A stretch of 64,000 nt of DNA from a virus (taxonomy: Duplodnaviria; Caudoviricetes), in IMG/VR virus record IMGVR_UViG_642918906_000001, positions 1-64,000 of that record; one strand, given 5' to 3'. Under the pieces are notes generated by a model. The model had not been told where the DNA came from and did not search any database. It saw only the letters and a program-made list of their open reading frames with translations. Position 1 is the stretch's first letter; every line of letters begins with the position of its first letter. Positions 59,030 through 64,000 of the stretch are shown in pieces. Both the position numbers and the translations under genes were made by a program.

Positions 59030-59437
59030 ATGTCCCGTATTAAAGAAATCCAGCCCACGCCAGTAAAGCACATTACATTAATCTGTCGTACTGAGCGGGT
59101 AGCTAATGCAGTGCGTAAGCCATGGTACGCCATCACCGATAAAGGTGAGTTTCCTATTAAAGCAGGTGGTGAACCGGATAACCTAGATGTCCTAGTACGT
59201 CCATTTTATCGGTTTACTAATGATCGCCCAGAAGGGCAGAATATCTGTGTGATCGGCGTCTATGCCGGCATACCTGGTTATCGTTGGGATATTGAGATCA
59301 GTGAGTCTATGGATATCCTGTCCATCTGTGATTCTGTGAGTGGTGACGAGATGGACGCTATTACGATTCCATTGGATCATCCAGCATTAGCCCTGTTTCG
59401 TATTGAGTGTCCATTGAATTACGTTTTCGACAAATAA
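59030..59437 (+). CDS. hypothetical protein
   Basis: AAGGA RBS; same frame as 58283. Confidence 0.75.
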   Translation: MSRIKEIQPTPVKHITLICRTERVANAVRKPWYAITDKGEFPIKAGGEPDNLDVLVRPFYRFTNDRPEGQNICVIGVYAGIPGYRWDIEISESMDILSICDSVSGDEMDAITIPLDHPALALFRIECPLNYVFDK

Positions 59438-59495
59438 CCGAAATAGTACTAGGGTCTATTATTTATAGGTCTTAGTGCTATTAATGAGGGGCTTT

Positions 59496-59687
59496 ATGCG
59501 TAAACCTACAACGCACCGTACCCGTCGTGGCAAATTGGTTGAGATTCCAGAACAGTGGCGTGGCCAAGTTCCTTCTAACCAAACTATGCTTCAGCGGAAA
59601 GCAGCTCGCATTGAAGTGCGGTCACGTAAGAAACGTAAGTTGCGTACTGAAAGTAAATTCCATTGGGATTCACAGGTAGATGATTAG
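59496..59687 (+). CDS. small Arg/Lys-rich protein
   Basis: start moved to ATG 59496 (GAGGGG RBS). Confidence 0.72.
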   Translation: MRKPTTHRTRRGKLVEIPEQWRGQVPSNQTMLQRKAARIEVRSRKKRKLRTESKFHWDSQVDD

Positions 59688-60033
59688 AATGTACGAAGAC
59701 TTCACAATCCGTAAAGCTGAGAAAGGTTGGCAACTGGAAACCTATTCCGGTAACTACCCTATTACTGTAAAGTTGGTTGGCAACGGCTGGTCTGTTCCGA
59801 ACATCTGGTCTGATGGACCAGCTCGTCTTTCTTATGATCTGGTATTCGAAGCCTATGCTGTTGAATACACCGTTAATGTTGATACGGAAGATCAAACCGT
59901 CAACTATGTTACAGTCGATGGAAAGGAAGTTAGTAGTATCAAAGTTGGCTCCAACTACCCAGTGACCCAATTGTTCCATGTCACTACACCTGATGGAGTA
60001 GTGCCAATTCGGGAACGAGTTAGTAGACTGTAA
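59680..60033 (+). CDS. hypothetical protein
   Basis: overlap coupling, AGGT RBS. Confidence 0.78.
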   Translation: MIRMYEDFTIRKAEKGWQLETYSGNYPITVKLVGNGWSVPNIWSDGPARLSYDLVFEAYAVEYTVNVDTEDQTVNYVTVDGKEVSSIKVGSNYPVTQLFHVTTPDGVVPIRERVSRL

Positions 60034-60056
60034 TTCAGATCTATATTACTGAGGTG
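60024..60056 (+). promoter_or_regulatory. early promoter
   Basis: TAGA(60024)-N14-TATATTAC(60042)-N4-GTG. Confidence 0.82.
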
Positions 60057-60060
60057 TAAC

Positions 60061-60216
60061 ATGGTTCGTACTGAAAAGACTATTGACGAGTTGTTAGCGT
60101 ATATCAGTTTGAATAGACCTGAACGCGGATATGACATCATGTCAGTTGACGGAAAGGTCATTCATGTAATCGGCACCACCGCAAGAATAGTGGTGTCAGA
60201 AAATAGAAAGGGGTAG
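60061..60216 (+). CDS. 51-aa hypothetical protein (not in ORF track)
   Basis: MVRTEKTIDELLAYI...; GAGGTG RBS overlapping promoter. Confidence 0.6.
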   Translation: MVRTEKTIDELLAYISLNRPERGYDIMSVDGKVIHVIGTTARIVVSENRKG

Positions 60217-60219
60217 TCT

Positions 60220-60831
60220 ATGCAATATCAAGCCCATGGCGTGGACCTTATGGACATCGCCTGCGGCGGTTTTCTGGATTCTCAAACCACTAACTGGTTG
60301 AACCAACGAAGTGAAGCTCTGATGTCTTCTGTCAGTAGCACTACGCAAAACTGGTTTAACAAAGCGCGGACGTTCTATACCACGATCTCTGAATCGGATG
60401 CAATCCAAGCTCTACGTAATATCAGTGTTAAGACTGACGTGAGCTGGAAAAGTAATAGCATCTATTTCTGTAACAGTATCGAGCAGGTTCAAACAGCGAA
60501 CCCAATCATGCAACGTTACATCATGGCTGAACCGCGCCTGCGTGACATGTATCTGAATCAATCCGTTGAAGGCTATGCTGGTAGTTATGAGAACTATCAT
60601 GGTGATGCGCTGGGCGTAGGACACTATGATTATCGTCGAGTAACTGATGGCATTGTGATGGTTCATGATGATCACGCAATCGTGAATGAGTTCTATGAAC
60701 TGATTCCAGATACCGACAAAGAACTGGACATCTTCCAGAAGGCCGACATCATCCGTACTTGGAACATGGTTAACCGTGCTCTTGATGCAGGTGAGATGGA
60801 CCCAACTAGTCCAATTGGTAACTTGTTGTAA
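60220..60831 (+). CDS. conserved hypothetical protein of the chimallin/nvRNAP block
   Basis: 203 aa; MQRYIMAEP, DYRRVTDG, DPTS motifs recalled from phiKZ-like phages. Confidence 0.8.
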   Translation: MQYQAHGVDLMDIACGGFLDSQTTNWLNQRSEALMSSVSSTTQNWFNKARTFYTTISESDAIQALRNISVKTDVSWKSNSIYFCNSIEQVQTANPIMQRYIMAEPRLRDMYLNQSVEGYAGSYENYHGDALGVGHYDYRRVTDGIVMVHDDHAIVNEFYELIPDTDKELDIFQKADIIRTWNMVNRALDAGEMDPTSPIGNLL

Positions 60832-60835
60832 ACCC

Positions 60836-60867
60836 CATAAAGCCTCTCCACACGGAGAGGCTTTTAT
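60836..60867 (+). terminator. hairpin terminator
   Basis: AAAGCCTCTCC-ACAC-GGAGAGGCTTT. Confidence 0.85.
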
Positions 60868-60879
60868 ACCGAGGTAGAC

Positions 60880-61254
60880 ATGAAAGTATATTTCTCAAAA
60901 CTTGATAACGGTGATTGGATTTGTTATGATGCATTGAACACCACCGGTGATCTCTTCGTAGACCCTACCAAGATCAAGCTACTCCAAGAGAAGCTTGGTC
61001 GAGTGTACGATACCGCTATTCAGAATTCTGTTAACCAACTGATCGAATTTACGATGAGTGTCGATATTCCACATTTCGGTCAGATACACGTTAACTGCGA
61101 GCTGTGGTTTCATAATAATCGAATTTGTAATTTGAAGTTCATAAATGAGCCTGGTGAAGAACCTATTGGTGAATTCCACAAACAGTTCGTTCTTGAGCTG
61201 GATGGATTACCGGCTTTCGATCTTTACCCATATCCAGAGGCTGAAGAAAAGTGA
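60880..61254 (+). CDS. hypothetical protein, paralog of 61251
   Basis: GAGGT RBS. Confidence 0.8.
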   Translation: MKVYFSKLDNGDWICYDALNTTGDLFVDPTKIKLLQEKLGRVYDTAIQNSVNQLIEFTMSVDIPHFGQIHVNCELWFHNNRICNLKFINEPGEEPIGEFHKQFVLELDGLPAFDLYPYPEAEEK

Positions 61255-61721
61255 CTGATACTAATCCACTCACAGAACTAAGAGCAAAGCATCCTGGCGC
61301 CGGTACCAAAAGTGATGGTTGGCTTATGAATGCGCTTAAATTAACAACTGATGCCGGTGGTCGAGACTACTTCAATCAGTGGGTTGATGAGAAACCCAAA
61401 TCCAACAGTAAGCTACCTAAGATCCCGTACTCGTTCTACTATGACGAGAAATACCACTGGATCATGAAAGACCAATCCGGTCAAGATCGTGTGGTAGATC
61501 CTAGTCTGTGGGCGAAGATGTTAGGTCGTGAAGAAATGATCGATGGGCTACACTTCCTTGGTACTACTGTTGTGGATCAGTTCTATGGCGAGATGCGCCT
61601 GTGTCTTGAACTACGTTGGAAAGGCAATCGTGTAACTGAAGTACGCCTGTGTGCACCAGATGGCGATGTGATTAAAAGCAATCTGAATCAGTTCCACACG
61701 TCGTTCGACGAAGCGTTGTAA
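61251..61721 (+). CDS. hypothetical protein, paralog of 60880
   Basis: GTGA overlap. Confidence 0.8.
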   Translation: MTDTNPLTELRAKHPGAGTKSDGWLMNALKLTTDAGGRDYFNQWVDEKPKSNSKLPKIPYSFYYDEKYHWIMKDQSGQDRVVDPSLWAKMLGREEMIDGLHFLGTTVVDQFYGEMRLCLELRWKGNRVTEVRLCAPDGDVIKSNLNQFHTSFDEAL

Positions 61722-61739
61722 TCAGCATAATCTTGTGTA

Positions 61740-61779
61740 GTGGAACCTTCGGGTTCCACATCACTTGCTTTTCTTTTTT
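61740..61779 (+). terminator. intrinsic terminator
   Basis: GTGGAACC-TTCG-GGTTCCAC then T tracts. Confidence 0.85.
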
Positions 61780-61792
61780 GAGGATTTTCCAG

Positions 61793-62212
61793 ATGGCATC
61801 ATACGGAAAGTATAGAAGTGTTAATATACTGGCTCACTTCGCTGACGTTGTAGCGGAGCATGGACCATTTGATCCCAACGAGCGTGTCCAAGTGATACTT
61901 AGTCGGGATGGTCGATACACGATCGGTGGCGCTGATGCTTTCGACGAGAACGGATTCCCTAAGTACTACTTAGATCTTAGGAAATACTTGGTTAATACAA
62001 TCGACGGGGTACGCTATCTTAGTAATGGTGCACTATTGGTGGATTCCGATAATAAACGTTACGCTGTTTATATCTCGGATACGAAGCCAGATTATATCTT
62101 ACCTTACGCGATACATGTATCGTTTAAGGCTGCACCAGATAACTATTACTTCACCCAGTCTATGGATCTACCTTCGGACCATCCGTTCCTTCAGGCGTTT
62201 AAACGCGTCTAA
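61793..62212 (+). CDS. hypothetical protein
   Basis: start moved to ATG 61793 (GAGGA RBS). Confidence 0.78.
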   Translation: MASYGKYRSVNILAHFADVVAEHGPFDPNERVQVILSRDGRYTIGGADAFDENGFPKYYLDLRKYLVNTIDGVRYLSNGALLVDSDNKRYAVYISDTKPDYILPYAIHVSFKAAPDNYYFTQSMDLPSDHPFLQAFKRV

Positions 62213-62215
62213 CTT

Positions 62216-62255
62216 AGCGGAGCCAGTGGCTCCGCTTTCTACCCCTTTCTTTTTT
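62216..62255 (+). terminator. intrinsic terminator
   Basis: AGCGGAGCC-AGT-GGCTCCGCT then pyrimidine tract. Confidence 0.75.
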
Positions 62256-62263
62256 GGTGACCT

Positions 62264-62668
62264 ATGGCAACTTCAATACCAACACTGGGCATCACAGGTT
62301 GGATTAACGACCTAGCGGCTTCAGCGGACTATATGCTAGCCTGCTATATTACCGCGAACGTTTACGACTCCGTATTACATTACGGACAAAATACTACAAT
62401 GCAATATACATTGAAGACATTTGCCAACAACATGCAGGCCATCGAAGAACGCATGCATGATGACCTATTGGCTAAATTCCAAGTAGTCTTTGGTGACTCA
62501 GCTGAAGTTACAGTTGAAGTTGACACTGAAGATGACAACAAACCAGACCAATACACCATTCGTTTTACGGGTACAGTGTATGATGGCTCTACCGCTTATG
62601 TGGTGGGTCGTTTAGTACAGTATGAAAACGGACGTGTGATTCGAATTGCTAAGATTAACAACGGGTAA
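62264..62668 (+). CDS. conserved hypothetical protein, possibly T4 gp25-like fold
   Basis: 134 aa; helix then V.V.V...Y.I.F strands. Confidence 0.75.
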   Translation: MATSIPTLGITGWINDLAASADYMLACYITANVYDSVLHYGQNTTMQYTLKTFANNMQAIEERMHDDLLAKFQVVFGDSAEVTVEVDTEDDNKPDQYTIRFTGTVYDGSTAYVVGRLVQYENGRVIRIAKINNG

Positions 62669-62673
62669 TTAAA

Positions 62674-63180
62674 ATGATCGATACATCCCCTAATGGTCAA
62701 TTGGATCGTCTTGCACAAGACGTAGCTTATATTAAGATGGAACTCACCAAACTGAACAAACGTCTGGATGAGTCAGATACATTTACTCTGAAGATTCTTC
62801 ATACTCTCAAGCGTGGTGAAGAAACCTTTGATCTACGTATTGCTCGTTCACAATACAATCTGTTTGCAGGTCTTGCTCATTCGCTTGAACATTCCATTGA
62901 AGATTTCACCAGTCGTCTACAGGCACGTCAACGAGGTTTTGAAGTACACGTCGTTGATGGTAAAACTGTTCTGGAGAACTCGGATACTATTCAAGTGGCA
63001 CGTGTGACTGAAGATACCTATGATTACTCGCCTGCGGCCACACCTGACGAGATTAACAATGTAGGTACTGAACCATTCACTAAGTATTTTAATGAACACC
63101 CTGAAGTGTTTGGTGATCGCAAGGTTATTCTGGTCAACATTCTAACTGAACAACTACCTGAGGTTCCTGTAGATGTCTAA
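62674..63180 (+). CDS. hypothetical protein with N-terminal coiled coil
   Basis: 168 aa; heptad-like LDRLAQDVAYIKMELTKLNKRL. Confidence 0.8.
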   Translation: MIDTSPNGQLDRLAQDVAYIKMELTKLNKRLDESDTFTLKILHTLKRGEETFDLRIARSQYNLFAGLAHSLEHSIEDFTSRLQARQRGFEVHVVDGKTVLENSDTIQVARVTEDTYDYSPAATPDEINNVGTEPFTKYFNEHPEVFGDRKVILVNILTEQLPEVPVDV

Positions 63181-63778
63181 ACCTAATTACCTTAACGGTA
63201 TGTTGGTAGGATATCAAGAATTGGATCGGGCTATTAACGACATCCTTGCTAACGATGAACGGCAAACACCGGTCGTTGGCGAAGATGTTTTTATTAACCA
63301 CATCATTCCTATTCTCCAGCAACCATGGAAAGAAGAGAACCTTCGCAAGTACGGACGTTATGTAGTTGAACCTACACAAGCCCTCCGTGTAGCAGGTGTG
63401 CGGGATGGTAAGACCGTTGTACTATTTACCATTCCACCATTGATGGGTCGAGTTGATACCACATCGCCAGTCGTTAGCGGTATTACCGTTAACCAGTTGG
63501 TTGAGTATGCATCTATTATGCGTGCTCGACACACCGGTGAAAACGTCGATGGCAACGTTACAGAATACTTGCATCAAATCACTAATCAGATTCCACCAGA
63601 GCAGAAAGTTCTGGTTCCCATTGGCGCCATCTTGGGAGTTTATGGTAAGACCTTCCTAGACGACATGGGTCATCCACTATACTCACTTGAAGGCGTTCCT
63701 AATCAGGTTACGGGTGAACTACCCCGTGCCACTGATGAAACTCAGTTTGTAAGTGCCGGATATATTGATGAAGACTGA
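63173..63778 (+). CDS. hypothetical protein
   Basis: 201 aa, GAGGT RBS. Confidence 0.82.
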   Translation: MSKPNYLNGMLVGYQELDRAINDILANDERQTPVVGEDVFINHIIPILQQPWKEENLRKYGRYVVEPTQALRVAGVRDGKTVVLFTIPPLMGRVDTTSPVVSGITVNQLVEYASIMRARHTGENVDGNVTEYLHQITNQIPPEQKVLVPIGAILGVYGKTFLDDMGHPLYSLEGVPNQVTGELPRATDETQFVSAGYIDED

Positions 63779-64000
63779 CCAGACTAAAAAGCCTGGTGTG
63801 TTTAGCTATATCAGTCTTGGCGATGTTCACTTAGGGCATCGCCAGACACCTGCTACCCACATCATTCGCAACTTGAACCGCCTGATCCATGACGAGTTAT
63901 TGAAGACCCTCGATGCGATCTTTATTACCGGTGACCTTTTTGATCGACAGCTTAATAATGGTGACGACGATGTTCACGCTATTAACCGCTGGATCACTTT
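63768..64000 (+). CDS. sbcD: SbcD/Mre11-like metallophosphoesterase nuclease (5-prime part, runs off window)
   Basis: translated by hand: ISLGDVHLG...FITGDLFD. Confidence 0.85.
   Translation, partial: MKTDQTKKPGVFSYISLGDVHLGHRQTPATHIIRNLNRLIHDELLKTLDAIFITGDLFDRQLNNGDDDVHAINRWIT

Noticed and set aside
62345-62352. TATATTAC copy
   Set aside because: Inside a CDS and lacks both the upstream TAGA and the downstream GTG

Overview
64 kb of a phiKZ-like (nucleus-forming) Pseudomonas jumbo phage genome. The tubulin PhuZ (315 aa) and chimallin (631 aa) match my recollection of phage 201phi2-1 gp59 and gp105, and the gene order fits the left end of that genome (recognised from memory, not searched). 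Core genes: probable ChmB, DHFR, terminase large subunit, three virion proteins, tail sheath and tube, PhuZ, the catalytic half of a split B-family DNA polymerase, chimallin (ChmA), the N-terminal beta-prime piece of the non-virion RNA polymerase and the start of an SbcD/Mre11 nuclease. Between them are + strand cassettes of small uncharacterised genes, many in tandem paralog families, plus a free-standing HNH-AP2 endonuclease, a GNAT and a CX5R phosphatase. The main system is the phage nucleus plus spindle, which is already described. Less familiar signals read from the sequence: a fixed-spacing early promoter TAGA-N14-TATATTAC-N4-GTG, a family of palindromic terminators, a multi-hairpin segment after chmA, an AT-rich palindrome cluster near 29.1 kb, several microproteins below the ORF cutoff, and one in-frame TGA splitting a 1.15 kb reading frame. 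I found no tRNA, rRNA or CRISPR array.
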